From assembly GCA_964016885.1 (NCBI GenBank), contig OZ024744.1, forward strand, positions 15,686,001 to 15,750,000: a DNA stretch of 64,000 nt, given 5' to 3'. This stretch comes from Eledone cirrhosa (Eukaryota). Both the position numbers and the translations under genes were made by a program. The notes beneath the pieces were generated by a model that saw nothing but the letters and a program-made list of their open reading frames with translations, did not search any database and had not been told where the DNA came from. Position 1 is the stretch's first letter; every line of letters begins with the position of its first letter. Shown one piece after another: positions 1-15,000 of this stretch.

Positions 1-3000
1 TGTGAATATGAGTGTGTGTGTGTCAGTGTGTATGTGAGTGTGTCAGTGTGTATGTGAGTGTGTGTGTGAGTGCGTCAGTGTGTATGTGAGTGTGTCAGTG
101 TGTATGTGACTGTGAGTGTGAGTGTGTCAGTGTGTATGTGAGTGTGTCAGTGTGTATGGAAGTGTATTTCAGTGTGTATGTGAGTGTGAGTGTGAGTGTG
201 TGAGTATGTATGTGAGTGTGTCAATGTGTATGTGAGTGTGAGTGTGTCAATGTGTATTTTGAGTGTGAGTGTGAGTTTGTCGGTGTGTATGTGAGTGTGT
301 CAGTGTGTCTGTGAGTGTGAGTGTGTCAGTGTGTATGTGTGTGTGTCAGTGTGTATGTGAGTGTGTCAGTGTGTATGTGAGTGTCAGTGTGTCAGTGTGT
401 GTTTGAGTGTGTCAGTGTGTATGTGAGTGTGTCAGTGTGTATGTGAGTGTGTATGTGTCAGTGTGTATCTGAGTGTGAGTGTGTCAGTGTATATGTGAGT
501 GTGTCAGTGTGTATGTGAGTGTGAGTCTGAGTGTGTCAGTGTGTATGTGAGTGTGTCAGTGTGTATGTGAATATGAGTATGTGTGTGTCAGTGTGTATGT
601 GAGTGTGTCAGTGTGTATGTGAGTGTGAGTGTGAGTGCGTCAGTGTGTATGTGAGTGTGTCAGTGTGTATGTGAGTGTGAGTGTGAGTGTGTCAGTGTGT
701 ATGTGAGTGTGAGTGTGTCAGTGTGTTTGTGAGTGTGTCAGTGTGTATGTGAGTGTGTATGTCAGTGTGTCAGTGTCTATGTGAGTGTGTCAAGTGTATG
801 TGAGTGTGTGTGTGAGTTTGTCAGTGTGTATGTGAGTGTGTCAGTGTGTATGTCAGTCTCAGTGTGTCAGTGTGTATGTCAGCGTGTCAGTGTGTATGTG
901 AGTGTCAGTGTGTATGTGAGTGTGAGTGTGAGTGTGTCAGTTTGTGTGTAAGTGTGAGTGTGTCAGTGTGTATGTGAGTGTGTCAGTGTGTAGCTGAGTG
1001 TGAGTGTGTCAGTGTGTATGTGAGTGTGAGTATGTCAGTGTGTATGTGAGTGTGAGTGTGTCAGTGTGTATATGAGTGTGAGTGTATCAGTGTGTATGTG
1101 AGTGTGTCAGTGTGTATGTGAGTGTGAGTGTGAGTGTGTCAGTGTGTATGTGAGTGTGAGTGTTCCAGTGTGTATGTGTGTGTGTCAATGTGTATGTGAG
1201 TGTGAGTGTGTCAGTTTGTATGTGAGTGTGAGTGTGTCAGTGTGTATGTGAGTGTGAGTGCGAGAGTGTCAGTGTGTATGTGAGTGTGAGTGTGTCAGTG
1301 TGTATGTGAGTGTGTCAGTCTGTATGTGAGTGTGGCAGTGTGTATGTGAGTGTGAGTGCGAGTGTGTCAGTATGTATGTGAGTGCGAGTGTGTCAGCGTG
1401 TATATGAGTGTGAGTGTGTCAGTGTGTATGTGAGTGTGTCAGTGTGTATGTGAGTGTGAGTGTGAGTGTGTCAGTCTGTATGTGAGTGTGAATGTGTCAG
1501 TGTGTATGTGAGTGTGTCAGTGTGTGTGTGAGTGTGAGTGTGAGTGTGTCAGTGTGTGTGAGAGTTTATCAGTGTGTATGTGAGTGTGTCAGTGTGTATG
1601 TGAGTGTGAGTGTGAGTGTGTCAGTGTGTATGTGAGTGTGAGTGTGTCAGTGTGTATGTGTATGTGAGTGTGTCAGGGCGTATGTGAGTGTGTCAGTGTT
1701 TATGTGAGCGTGAGTGCGAGTGTGTCAGTGTGTATGTGAGTGTCATTGTGTCAGTGTGTATGTGAGTGTGTCAGAATGTATGTGAGTGTGAGTGAGAATG
1801 TGTCAATGTGTATGTCAGTCTCGGTGAGTCAGTGTGTGAGTGTGAGTGTGAGCGTGTCAGTGTGTATGTGAGTGTGTCAATGTGTATGTGAGTGTGAGCG
1901 TGTCAGTTTGTATGTGAGTGTGTCACTGTGTATGTGAGTGTGAGTGCGAGTGTGTGAGTGTGTATGTGAGTGCGAGTGTGTCAGTGTGTATGTGAGTGTA
2001 AGTGTGTCAGTGTGTATGTGAGCATGTCAGTGTGTATGTGAGTGTGAGTGTGTCAGTGTGTATGTGAGTGTGTGTGTCAGTGTGTATGTGAGTGTGAGTG
2101 TGAGTGTGTCAGTGTGTATGTGAGTGTGTCAGTGTGTATGTGAGTGTGAGTGTGAGTGTGTTAGTGTGTATGTGAGTGTGAGTGTGTCAGTGTGTTTGTG
2201 AGTGTGTCAGTGTGTATGTGAGTGTGTATGTCAGTGTGTCAGTGTGTATGTGAGTGTGTCAATGTGTATGTTAGTGTGAGTGTGTATGTGAGTGTGAGTG
2301 TGAGTTTGTCACTGTGTATGTGAGTGTGTCAGTGTGTATGTGAGTGTGAGTGTGTCAGTGTGTATGTGAGTGTGTCAGTGTGTATGTTAGTGTGAGTGTG
2401 TCAGTGTGTATGTCAGTGTTAGTGTGTCAGTGTGTACGTGAGTGTGAGTGTGAGTGTGCCAGTGTGTATGTGAGTGTGAGTGTGTCAGTGTGCATGAGAG
2501 TGTGTCAGTGTGTATGTGAGTATGAGTGTGTCAGTGTGTATGTGAGTGTGATTGTGTCAGTGTGTATGTGAGTGAGTCAGAGTGTACGTGAGTGTGAGTG
2601 AGAATGTGTCAATGTGTATGTCAGTCTCAGTGTGTCAGTGTGTGAGTGCGTGTGTGAGCGTGTCAGTGTGTATGTGAGTTTGTCAATGTGTATGTGAGTG
2701 TGAGTGTGTCAGTTTGTATGTGAGTGTGTCAGTGTGTATGTGAGTGTGAGTTTGAGTGTGTCAGTGTGTATGTGAGAGTCAGTATGTGAGTGTGTAAGTG
2801 TGAGTGAGAGTGTGTATGTGCGTATGTGAGTGTGTCAGTGTGTATGTTAGTGTGTCAGTGTGTATGTGAGCGTGAGTGTGAGTGTGTCATTGTGTATGTG
2901 AGTGTGTCAGTGTGTATGTGAGTGTGAGTGTGTCATGTCAGTGTGTGTGTGAGTGTGTCAGAGTGTATGTGACTGTGTCAGTGTGTATGTAAGTGTGAGT

Positions 3001-6000
3001 GTGAGTGTGTGTGTGTCATTGTGTATGTGAGTGTGTCAGTGTGTATGTGAGTGTGAGTGTCTCAGTGTGTATGTGAGTGTGAGTGTGTCAGTGTGTATGT
3101 GAGTGTGTCAGTGTGAGTGTGAGTGTGTCAGTGTGTGTGTGAGTGTGGGTGTGTCAGTGTGTATGTGACTGTGAGTGTGGCAGTGTGTATGTGAGTGTGA
3201 GTGTGAGTTTGTCAGTGTGTATGTGAGTGTGAGTGTGTCAGTGTGTATGAAAGTGTGTCAGTGTGTATGTGAGTGTGAGTGTGAGTGTGAGTGTGTGAGT
3301 GTGTATGTGAGTGTGTCAGTGTGTATGTGTGTGTGAGTGTAAGTGTGTGAGGGTGTGTGTGAGTGTGTCAGTGTGTATGTGAGTCTGTCAGTGTGTATGT
3401 GAGTGTGTCAGTGTGTATGAGAGTGTGAGTGTGTCAGTGTGTATGTGAGTGTGAGTGTGTCAGTGTGTATATGAGATTGTCAGTGTGTATGTGAGTGTGA
3501 GTGTGTCAGTAGGTGTGTCAGTGTGTATGTGAGTGTGTCAGTGTGTATGTGAGTGTGTCAGTGTGTATGTGATTGTGTCAGTGTGTATGTGAGTGTCAGT
3601 GTGAGTGTGTCAGTGTGTATGTGAGTGTGCGTGTGTCAGTGTGTGTGTGAGTGTGTCAGTGTGTATGTGAGTGTGTTAGTGTGTATGTGAGTGTGAGTGC
3701 GAGTGTGTCAGTGTGTATGTGAGTGCGAGTGTGTCAGTGTGTATGTGAGTGTGAGTGTGTCAGTGTGTATGTGAGTGTGTCAGTGTGTATGTGAATATGA
3801 GTGTGTGTGTCAGTGTGTATGTGAGTGTGTCAGTATGTATGTGAGTGTGAGTGTGTCAGTGTGTATGTGAGTGTGTCAGTGTGTATGTGAATATGAGTAT
3901 GCGTGTGTCAGTGTGTATGTGAGTGTGTCAGTGTGTATGTGAGTGTGAGTGTGAGTGTGTCAGTGTGTATGTGAGTGTGTCAGTGTGCATGTGAGTGTGA
4001 GTGTGAGTGTGTCAGTGTGTATGTGAGTATGTCAGTGTGTATGTGAGTGTGATTGTGAGTGTGTCAGTGTGTATGTGAGTGTGAGTGTGTCAGTGTGTAT
4101 GTCAGTGTGTCAGTGTCTATGTGAGTGTGTCAATGTGTATGTGAGTGTGAGTGTGAGTTTGTCAGTGTGTATGTGAGTGTGTCAGTGTGTATGTGAGTGT
4201 GTCAGTGTGTATGTCTGTCTCAGTGTGTCAGTGTGTATGTCAGTGTGTCAGTGTGTCAGTGTGTGTGTGAGTGTGTCAGTGTGTATGTGCGTGTCAGTGT
4301 GTATGTGAGTGTGAGTGTGAGTGTGTCAGTGTGTGTGTAAGTGTGAGTGTGTCAGTGTGTATGTGAGTGTGTCAGTGTGTATGTGAGTGTGAGTATGTCA
4401 GTATGTATGTGAGTGTGAGTGTGTCAGTGTGTATGAGTGTGTCAGTGTGTAAGTGAGTGTGAGTTTGAGTGTGTCAGTGTGTATGTGAGAGTCAGTGTGT
4501 GAGTGTGTATGTGTGAGTGTGAGTGTGTAAGTGCGTATGTGAGTGTGTCAGTGTGTATGTGAGTGTGTCAGTGTGTATGTGAGTGTGAGTGTGTCAGTGT
4601 GTATGTTAGTGTGTCAGTGTGTATGTGAGCGTGAGTGTGAGTGTGTCATTGTGTATGTGAGTGTGTATATGAGTGTGAGTGTATCATGTCAGTGTGTGTG
4701 TGAGTGTGAGTGCGAGTGTGTCAGTGTGTATGTGAGTGTGAGTGCGAGTGTGTCAGTGTGTATGTGAGTGCGAGTGTGTCAGTTTGTATGTGAGTGTGTC
4801 AGTGTGTCAGTGTGTATGTGAGTGTGAGTGTGTCAGTGTGTATGTGTATGTGAGTGTGTCAGGGCGTATGTGAGTGTGTCAGTGTTTATGTGAGTGTGAG
4901 TGCAAGTGTGTCAGTGTGTATGTGAGTGTGAGTGTGTCAGTGTGTATGTGAGTGTGAGTGTGTCAGTGTGCATGTGAGTGTGTGTGTGATTGTGTCAATG
5001 TGTATGTGAGTGTGTCAGTGTGTATGTGAGTGTGATTGCTAGTGTGTCAGTGTGTATGTGAGTGTGTGTGTGTCAGTGTGTATGTGAGTGTGTCAGTGTG
5101 TAGCTGAGTGTGAGTGTGTTAGTGTGTATGTGAGAGTGAGTGTGTCAGTGTGTATGTGAGTGTGAGTGTGTCAGTGTGTATGTGAGTGTGAGTGTGTCAG
5201 TGTCTATGTGAGTGTGTCAGAGTGTATGTGAGTGTGAGTGTGAGTGTGTCAGTGTGTATGTGAGTGTGAGTGTGCCAGTGTGTATGTGTGTGTTTCAATG
5301 TGTATGTGAGTGTGAGTGTGTCAGTTTGTATGTGAGTGTGAGTGTGTCAGTGTGTATGTGAGTGTGTTAGTGTGTATGTGAGTGTGAGTGTGTCAGTGTG
5401 TATGTGAGTGTGTCAGTGTGTATGTGAGTGTGAGTGCGAGAGTGTCAGTGTGTATGTGAGTGTGAGTGTGTCAGTGTGTATGTGAGTGTGTCAGTGTGTA
5501 TGTGAGTGTGGCAGTGTGTATGTGAGTGTGAGTGCGAGAGTGTCAGTGTGTATGTGAGTGTGAGTGTGTCAGTGTGTATGTGAGTGTGTCAGTGTGTATG
5601 TGAGTGTGGCAGTGTGTATGTGAGTGTGAGTGCCAGTGTGTCAGTGTGTATGTGAGTGCGAATGTGTCAGCGTGTATATGAGTGTGAGTGTGTCAGTGTG
5701 TATGTGAGTGTGAGTGTATCAGTCTGTATGTGAGTGTGAATGTGTCAGTGTGTATGTGAGTGTGTCAGTGTGTGTGTGAGTGTGAGTGTGAGTGTGTCAG
5801 TGTGTATGTGAGTGTGAGTGTGTCAGTGTGTATGTCTATGTGAGTGTGTCAGGGCGTATGTGAGTGTGTCAGTGTTTATGTGAGTGTGAGTGCAAGTGTG
5901 TCAGTGTGTATGTGAGTGTGAGTGTGTCAGTGTGTATGTGAGTGTGAGTGTGTCAGTGTGCATCTAAGTGTGTGTGTGATTGTGTCAATGTGTATGTGAG

Positions 6001-9000
6001 TGTGTCAGTGTGTATGTGAGTGTGATTGCTAGTGTGTCAGTGTGTATGTGAGTGTGTGTGTGTCAGAGTGTATGTGAGTGTGTCAGTGTGTATGTGAGTG
6101 TGTGTGTGAGTGTGTCAGTGAGTATGTGAGTGTGTCAGTGTGTATGTGAATGTGAGTGTGTCAGTGTCTATGTGAGTGTGTCAGTGTGTATGTGAGTGTG
6201 AGTGTGTCACTGTGTATGTGAGTGTGTCAGTGTGTATGTGAGTGTGAGTGTGTCAGTGTGTATGTGAGTGTGAGTGCAAGTGTGTCAGTGTGTATGTGAG
6301 TGTGAGTGTGTCAGTGTGTATGTGAGTGTGAGTGTGTCAGTGTGCATCTAAGTGTGTGTGTGATTGTGTCAATGTGTATGTGAGTGTGTCAGTGTGTATG
6401 TGAGTGTGATTGCTAGTGTGTCAGTGTGTATGTGAGTGTGTGTGTGTCAGAGTGTGTGTGTGTCAGTGTGTCAGTCTGTATGTGAGTGTGAGTGTGAGTG
6501 ATCCAGTGTGTATGTGAGTGTGAGTGTGTCAGTGTGTATGTGAGTGTGTCAGTGTGTATGTGAGTAGTTGAGTGTAAGTGTGTCAGTGTGTATGTCAGTC
6601 TCAGTGTGTCAGTGTGTGAGTGTGAGTGTGAGCGTGTCAGTGTGTATGTGAGTGTGTCAATGTGTATGTGAGTGTCAGTGTGTCAGTGTGTATGTGAGTG
6701 TGTCAGTGTGTATGTGAGTGTGAGTGTGAGTGTGTCAGTGTGTATGAGTGTGTCAGTGTGTATGTGAGTGTGTGTGTGAGTGTGTCAGTGTGTATGTGAG
6801 AGTCAGTGTGTGAGTGTGTAAGTGTGACTGTGAGTTTGTATGTGAGTGTGAGTGTGTCAGTTTGTATGTGAGTGTGAGTGTGTCAGTGTGTATGTGAGTG
6901 TGTCAGTGTGTATGTGATTGTGTCAGTGTGTATGTGAGTGTCAGTGTGAGTGTGTCAGTGTGTATGTGAGTGTGCGTGTGTCAGTGTGTGTGTGAGTGTG
7001 TCAGTGTGTATGTGAGTGTGTTAGTGTGTATGTGAGTGTGAGTGCGAGTGTGTCAGTGTGTATGTGAGTGCGAGTGTGTCAGTGTGTATGTGAGTGTGAG
7101 TGTGTCAGTGTGTATGTGAGTGTGTCAGTGTGTATGTGAATATGAGTGTGTGTGTCAGTGTGTATGTGAGTGTGTCAGTATGTATGTGAGTGTGAGTGTG
7201 TCAGTGTGTATGTGAGTGTGTCAGTGTGTATGTGAATATGAGTATGCGTATGTCAGTGTGTATGTGAGTGTGTCAGTGTGTATGTGAGTGTGAGTGTGAG
7301 TGTGTCAGTGTGTATGTGAGTGTGTCAGTGTGCATGTGAGTGTGAGTGTGAGTGTGTCAGTGTGTATGTGAGTATGTCAGTGTGTATGTGAGTGTGATTG
7401 TGAGTGTGTCAGTGTGTATGTGAGTGTGAGTGTGTCAGTGTGTATGTCAGTGTGTCAGTGTCTATGTGAGTGTGTCAATGTGTATGTGAGTGTGAGTGTG
7501 AGTTTGTCAGTGTGTATGTGAGTGTGTCAGTGTGTATGTGAGTGTGTCAGTGTGTATGTCTGTCTCAGTGTGTCAGTGTGTATGTCAGTGTGTCAGTGTG
7601 TCAGTGTGTGTGTGAGTGTGTCAGTGTGTATGTGCGTGTCAGTGTGTATGTGAGTGTGAGTGTGAGTGTGTCAGTGTGTGTGTAAGTGTGAGTGTGTCAG
7701 TGTGTATGTGAGTGTGTCAGTGTGTATGTGAGTGTGAGTATGTCAGTATGTATGTGAGTGTGAGTGTGTCAGTGTGTATGAGTGTGTCAGTGTGTAAGTG
7801 AGTGTGAGTTTGAGTGTGTCAGTGTGTATGTGAGAGTCAGTGTGTGAGTGTGTATGTGTGAGTGTGAGTGTGTAAGTGCGTATGTGAGTGTGTCAGTGTG
7901 TATGTGAGTGTGTCAGTGTGTATGTGAGTGTGAGTGTGTCAGTGTGTATGTTAGTGTGTCAGTGTGTATGTGAGCGTGAGTGTGAGTGTGTCATTGTGTA
8001 TGTGAGTGTGTATATGAGTGTGAGTGTATCATGTCAGTGTGTGTGTGAGTGTGAGTGCGAGTGTGTCAGTGTGTATGTGAGTGTGAGTGCGAGTGTGTCA
8101 GTGTGTATGTGAGTGCGAGTGTATCAGTTTGTATGTGAGTGTGTCAGTGTGTCAGTGTGTATGTGAGTGTGAGTGTGTCAGTGTGTATGTGTATGTGAGT
8201 GTGTCAGGGCGTATGTGAGTGTGTCAGTGTTTATGTGAGTGTGAGTGCAAGTGTGTCAGTGTGTATGTGAGTGTGAGTGTGTCAGTGTGTATGTGAGTGT
8301 GAGTGTGTCAGTGTGCATGTGAGTGTGTGTGTGATTGTGTCAATGTGTATGTGAGTGTGTCAGTGTGTATGTGAGTGTGATTGCTAGTGTGTCAGTGTGT
8401 ATGTGAGTGTGTGTGTGTCAGTGTGTATGTGAGTGTGTCAGTGTGTAGCTGAGTGTGAGTGTGTTAGTGTGTATGTGAGAGTGAGTGTGTCAGTGTGTAT
8501 GTGAGTGTGAGTGTGTCAGTGTGTATGTGAGTGTGAGTGTGTCAGTGTCTATGTGAGTGTGTCAGAGTGTATGTGAGTGTGAGTGTGAGTATGTCAGTGT
8601 GTATGTGAGTGTGAGTGTGCCAGTGTGTATGTGTGTGTTTCAATGTGTATGTGAGTGTGAGTGTGTCAGTTTGTATGTGAGTGTGAGTGTGTCAGTGTGT
8701 ATGTGAGTGTGTTAGTGTGTATGTGAGTGTGAGTGTGTCAGTGTGTATGTGAGTGTGTCAGTGTGTATGTGAGTGTGAGTGCGAGAGTGTCAGTGTGTAT
8801 GTGAGTGTGAGTGTGTCAGTGTGTATGTGAGTGTGTCAGTGTGTATGTGAGTGTGGCAGTGTGTATGTGAGTGTGAGTGCGAGAGTGTCAGTGTGTATGT
8901 GAGTGTGAGTGTGTCAGTGTGTATGTGAGTGTGTCAGTGTGTATGTGAGTGTGGCAGTGTGTATGTGAGTGTGAGTGCCAGTGTGTCAGTGTGTATGTGA

Positions 9001-12000
9001 GTGCGAATGTGTCAGCGTGTATATGAGTGTGAGTGTGTCAGTGTGTATGTGAGTGTGAGTGTATCAGTCTGTATGTGAGTGTGAATGTGTCAGTGTGTAT
9101 GTGAGTGTGTCAGTGTGTGTGTGAGTGTGAGTGTGAGTGTGTCAGTGTGTATGTGAGTGTGAGTGTGTCAGTGTGTATGTCTATGTGAGTGTGTCAGGGC
9201 GTATGTGAGTGTGTCAGTGTTTATGTGAGTGTGAGTGCAAGTGTGTCAGTGTGTATGTGAGTGTGAGTGTGTCAGTGTGTATGTGAGTGTGAGTGTGTCA
9301 GTGTGCATCTAAGTGTGTGTGTGATTGTGTCAATGTGTATGTGAGTGTGTCAGTGTGTATGTGAGTGTGATTGCTAGTGTGTCAGTGTGTATGTGAGTGT
9401 GTGTGTGTCAGAGTGTATGTGAGTGTGTCAGTGTGTATGTGAGTGTGTGTGTGAGTGTGTCAGTGAGTATGTGAGTGTGTCAGTGTGTATGTGAATGTGA
9501 GTGTGAGTGTGTCAGTGTCTATGTGAGTGTGTCAGTGTGTATGTGAGTGTGAGTGTGTCACTGTGTATGTGAGTGTGTCAGTGTGTATGTGAGTGTGAGT
9601 GTGTCAGTGTGTATGTGAGTGTGAGTGCAAGTGTGTCAGTGTGTATGTGAGTGTGAGTGTGTCAGTGTGTATGTGAGTGTGAGTGTGTCAGTGTGCATCT
9701 AAGTGTGTGTGTGATTGTGTCAATGTGTATGTGAGTGTGTCAGTGTGTATGTGAGTGTGATTGCTAGTGTGTCAGTGTGTATGTGAGTGTGTGTGTGTCA
9801 GAGTGTGTGTGTGTCAGTGTGTCAGTCTGTATGTGAGTGTGAGTGTGAGTGATCCAGTGTGTATGTGAGTGTGAGTGTGTCAGTGTGTATGTGAGTGTGT
9901 CAGTGTGTATGTGAGTAGTTGAGTGTAAGTGTGTCAGTGTGTATGTCAGTCTCAGTGTGTCAGTGTGTGAGTGTGAGTGTGAGCGTGTCAGTGTGTATGT
10001 GAGTGTGTCAATGTGTATGTGAGTGTCAGTGTGTCAGTGTGTATGTGAGTGTGTCAGTGTGTATGTGAGTGTGAGTGTGAGTGTGTCAGTGTGTATGAGT
10101 GTGTCAGTGTGTATGTGAGTGTGTGTGTGAGTGTGTCAGTGTGTATGTGAGAGTCAGTGTGTGAGTGTGTAAGTGTGACTGTGAGTTTGTATGTGAGTGT
10201 GAGTGTGTCAGTTTGTATGTGAGTGTGAGTGTGTCAGTGTGTATGTGAGTGTGTCAGTGTGTATGTGAGTGTGAGTGTGTCAGTGTGTATGTGAGTGTGT
10301 CAGTGTGTATGTGAATGTGACTGCGAGAGTGTCAGTGTGTATGTGAGTGTGAGTGTGTGAGTGTGTGTGTGAGTGTGTCAGTGTGTATGTGAGTGTGGCA
10401 GTGTGTATGTGAGTGTGAGTGCGAGAGTGTCAGTGTGTATGTGAGTGTGTGTGTGTCAGTGTGTATGTGAGTGTGTCAGTGTGTATGTGAGTGTGAGTGC
10501 GAGTGTGTGTGTGTCATTGTGTATGTGAGTGTGTCAGTGTGTATGTGAGTGTGAGTGTCTCAGTGTGTATGTGAGTGTGAGTGTGTCAGTGTGTATGTGA
10601 GTGTGTCAGTGTGAGTGTGAGTGTGTCAGTGTGTGTGTGAGTGTGGGTGTGTCAGTGTGTATGTGACTGTGAGTGTGGCAGTGTGTATGTGAGTGTGAGT
10701 GTGAGTTTGTCAGTGTGTATGTGAGTGTGAGTGTGTCAGTGTGTATGAAAGTGTGTCAGTGTGTATGTGAGTGTGAGTGTGAGTGTGAGTGTGTGAGTGT
10801 GTATGTGAGTGTGTCAGTGTGTATGTGTGTGTGAGTGTAAGTGTGTGAGGGTGTGTGTGAGTGTGTCAGTGTGTATGTGAGTCTGTCAGTGTGTATGTGA
10901 GTGTGTCAGTGTGTATGAGAGTGTGAGTGTGTCAGTGTGTATGTGAGTGTGAGTGTGTCAGTGTGTATATGAGATTGTCAGTGTGTATGTGAGTGTGAGT
11001 GTGTCAGTAGGTGTGTCAGTGTGTATGTGAGTGTGTCAGTGTGTATGTGAGTGTGTCAGTGTGTATGTGATTGTGTCAGTGTGTATGTGAGTGTCAGTGT
11101 GAGTGTGTCAGTGTGTATGTGAGTGTGCGTGTGTCAGTGTGTGTGTGAGTGTGTCAGTGTGTATGTGAGTGTGTTAGTGTGTATGTGAGTGTGAGTGCGA
11201 GTGTGTCAGTGTGTATGTGAGTGCGAGTGTGTCAGTGTGTATGTGAGTGTGAGTGTGTCAGTGTGTATGTGAGTGTGTCAGTGTGTATGTGAATATGAGT
11301 GTGTGTGTCAGTGTGTATGTGAGTGTGTCAGTATGTATGTGAGTGTGAGTGTGTCAGTGTGTATGTGAGTGTGTCAGTGTGTATGTGAATATGAGTATGC
11401 GTGTGTCAGTGTGTATGTGAGTGTGTCAGTGTGTATGTGAGTGTGAGTGTGAGTGTGTCAGTGTGTATGTGAGTGTGTCAGTGTGCATGTGAGTGTGAGT
11501 GTGAGTGTGTCAGTGTGTATGTGAGTATGTCAGTGTGTATGTGAGTGTGATTGTGAGTGTGTCAGTGTGTATGTGAGTGTGAGTGTGTCAGTGTGTATGT
11601 CAGTGTGTCAGTGTCTATGTGAGTGTGTCAATGTGTATGTGAGTGTGAGTGTGAGTTTGTCAGTGTGTATGTGAGTGTGTCAGTGTGTATGTGAGTGTGT
11701 CAGTGTGTATGTCTGTCTCAGTGTGTCAGTGTGTATGTCAGTGTGTCAGTGTGTCAGTGTGTGTGTGAGTGTGTCAGTGTGTATGTGCGTGTCAGTGTGT
11801 ATGTGAGTGTGAGTGTGAGTGTGTCAGTGTGTGTGTAAGTGTGAGTGTGTCAGTGTGTATGTGAGTGTGTCAGTGTGTATGTGAGTGTGAGTATGTCAGT
11901 ATGTATGTGAGTGTGAGTGTGTCAGTGTGTATGAGTGTGTCAGTGTGTAAGTGAGTGTGAGTTTGAGTGTGTCAGTGTGTATGTGAGAGTCAGTGTGTGA

Positions 12001-15000
12001 GTGTGTATGTGTGAGTGTGAGTGTGTAAGTGCGTATGTGAGTGTGTCAGTGTGTATGTGAGTGTGTCAGTGTGTATGTGAGTGTGAGTGTGTCAGTGTGT
12101 ATGTTAGTGTGTCAGTGTGTATGTGAGCGTGAGTGTGAGTGTGTCATTGTGTATGTGAGTGTGTATATGAGTGTGAGTGTATCATGTCAGTGTGTGTGTG
12201 AGTGTGAGTGCGAGTGTGTCAGTGTGTATGTGAGTGTGAGTGCGAGTGTGTCAGTGTGTATGTGAGTGCGAGTGTGTCAGTTTGTATGTGAGTGTGTCAG
12301 TGTGTCAGTGTGTATGTGAGTGTGAGTGTGTCAGTGTGTATGTGTATGTGAGTGTGTCAGGGCGTATGTGAGTGTGTCAGTGTTTATGTGAGTGTGAGTG
12401 CAAGTGTGTCAGTGTGTATGTGAGTGTGAGTGTGTCAGTGTGTATGTGAGTGTGAGTGTGTCAGTGTGCATGTGAGTGTGTGTGTGATTGTGTCAATGTG
12501 TATGTGAGTGTGTCAGTGTGTATGTGAGTGTGATTGCTAGTGTGTCAGTGTGTATGTGAGTGTGTGTGTGTCAGTGTGTATGTGAGTGTGTCAGTGTGTA
12601 GCTGAGTGTGAGTGTGTTAGTGTGTATGTGAGAGTGAGTGTGTCAGTGTGTATGTGAGTGTGAGTGTGTCAGTGTGTATGTGAGTGTGAGTGTGTCAGTG
12701 TCTATGTGAGTGTGTCAGAGTGTATGTGAGTGTGAGTGTGAGTGTGTCAGTGTGTATGTGAGTGTGAGTGTGCCAGTGTGTATGTGTGTGTTTCAATGTG
12801 TATGTGAGTGTGAGTGTGTCAGTTTGTATGTGAGTGTGAGTGTGTCAGTGTGTATGTGAGTGTGTTAGTGTGTATGTGAGTGTGAGTGTGTCAGTGTGTA
12901 TGTGAGTGTGTCAGTGTGTATGTGAGTGTGAGTGCGAGAGTGTCAGTGTGTATGTGAGTGTGAGTGTGTCAGTGTGTATGTGAGTGTGTCAGTGTGTATG
13001 TGAGTGTGGCAGTGTGTATGTGAGTGTGAGTGCGAGAGTGTCAGTGTGTATGTGAGTGTGAGTGTGTCAGTGTGTATGTGAGTGTGTCAGTGTGTATGTG
13101 AGTGTGGCAGTGTGTATGTGAGTGTGAGTGCCAGTGTGTCAGTGTGTATGTGAGTGCGAATGTGTCAGCGTGTATATGAGTGTGAGTGTGTCAGTGTGTA
13201 TGTGAGTGTGAGTGTATCAGTCTGTATGTGAGTGTGAATGTGTCAGTGTGTATGTGAGTGTGTCAGTGTGTGTGTGAGTGTGAGTGTGTCAGTGTGTATG
13301 TGAGTGTGAGTGTGTCAGTGTGTATGTCTATGTGAGTGTGTCAGGGCGTATGTGAGTGTGTCAGTGTTTATGTGAGTGTGAGTGCAAGTGTGTCAGTGTG
13401 TATGTGAGTGTGAGTGTGTCAGTGTGTATGTGAGTGTGAGTGTGTCAGTGTGCATCTAAGTGTGTGTGTGATTGTGTCAATGTGTATGTGAGTGTGTCAG
13501 TGTGTATGTGAGTGTGATTGCTAGTGTGTCAGTGTGTATGTGAGTGTGTGTGTGTCAGAGTGTATGTGAGTGTGTCAGTGTGTATGTGAGTGTGTGTGTG
13601 AGTGTGTCAGTGAGTATGTGAGTGTGTCAGTGTGTATGTGAATGTGAGTGTGTCAGTGTCTATGTGAGTGTGTCAGTGTGTATGTGAGTGTGAGTGTGTC
13701 ACTGTGTATGTGAGTGTGTCAGTGTGTATGTGAGTGTGAGTGTGTCAGTGTGTATGTGAGTGTGAGTGCAAGTGTGTCAGTGTGTATGTGAGTGTGAGTG
13801 TGTCAGTGTGTATGTGAGTGTGAGTGTGTCAGTGTGCATCTAAGTGTGTGTGTGATTGTGTCAATGTGTATGTGAGTGTGTCAGTGTGTATGTGAGTGTG
13901 ATTGCTAGTGTGTCAGTGTGTATGTGAGTGTGTGTGTGTCAGAGTGTGTGTGTGTCAGTGTGTCAGTCTGTATGTGAGTGTGAGTGTGAGTGATCCAGTG
14001 TGTATGTGAGTGTGAGTGTGTCAGTGTGTATGTGAGTGTGTCAGTGTGTATGTGAGTAGTTGAGTGTAAGTGTGTCAGTGTGTATGTCAGTCTCAGTGTG
14101 TCAGTGTGTGAGTGTGAGTGTGAGCGTGTCAGTGTGTATGTGAGTGTGTCAATGTGTATGTGAGTGTCAGTGTGTCAGTGTGTATGTGAGTGTGTCAGTG
14201 TGTATGTGAGTGTGAGTGTGAGTGTGTCAGTGTGTATGAGTGTGTCAGTGTGTATGTGAGTGTGTGTGTGAGTGTGTCAGTGTGTATGTGAGAGTCAGTG
14301 TGTGAGTGTGTAAGTGTGACTGTGAGTTTGTATGTGAGTGTGAGTGTGTCAGTTTGTATGTGAGTGTGAGTGTGTCAGTGTGTATGTGAGTGTGTCAGTG
14401 TGTATGTGATTGTGTCAGTGTGTATGTGAGTGTCAGTGTGAGTGTGTCAGTGTGTATGTGAGTGTGCGTGTGTCAGTGTGTGTGTGAGTGTGTCAGTGTG
14501 TATGTGAGTGTGTTAGTGTGTATGTGAGTGTGAGTGCGAGTGTGTCAGTGTGTATGTGAGTGCGAGTGTGTCAGTGTGTATGTGAGTGTGAGTGTGTCAG
14601 TGTGTATGTGAGTGTGTCAGTGTGTATGTGAATATGAGTGTGTGTGTCAGTGTGTATGTGAGTGTGTCAGTATGTATGTGAGTGTGAGTGTGTCAGTGTG
14701 TATGTGAGTGTGTCAGTGTGTATGTGAATATGAGTATGCGTGTGTCAGTGTGTATGTGAGTGTGTCAGTGTGTATGTGAGTGTGAGTGTGAGTGTGTCAG
14801 TGTGTATGTGAGTGTGTCAGTGTGCATGTGAGTGTGAGTGTGAGTGTGTCAGTGTGTATGTGAGTATGTCAGTGTGTATGTGAGTGTGATTGTGAGTGTG
14901 TCAGTGTGTATGTGAGTGTGAGTGTGTCAGTGTGTATGTCAGTGTGTCAGTGTCTATGTGAGTGTGTCAATGTGTATGTGAGTGTGAGTGTGAGTTTGTC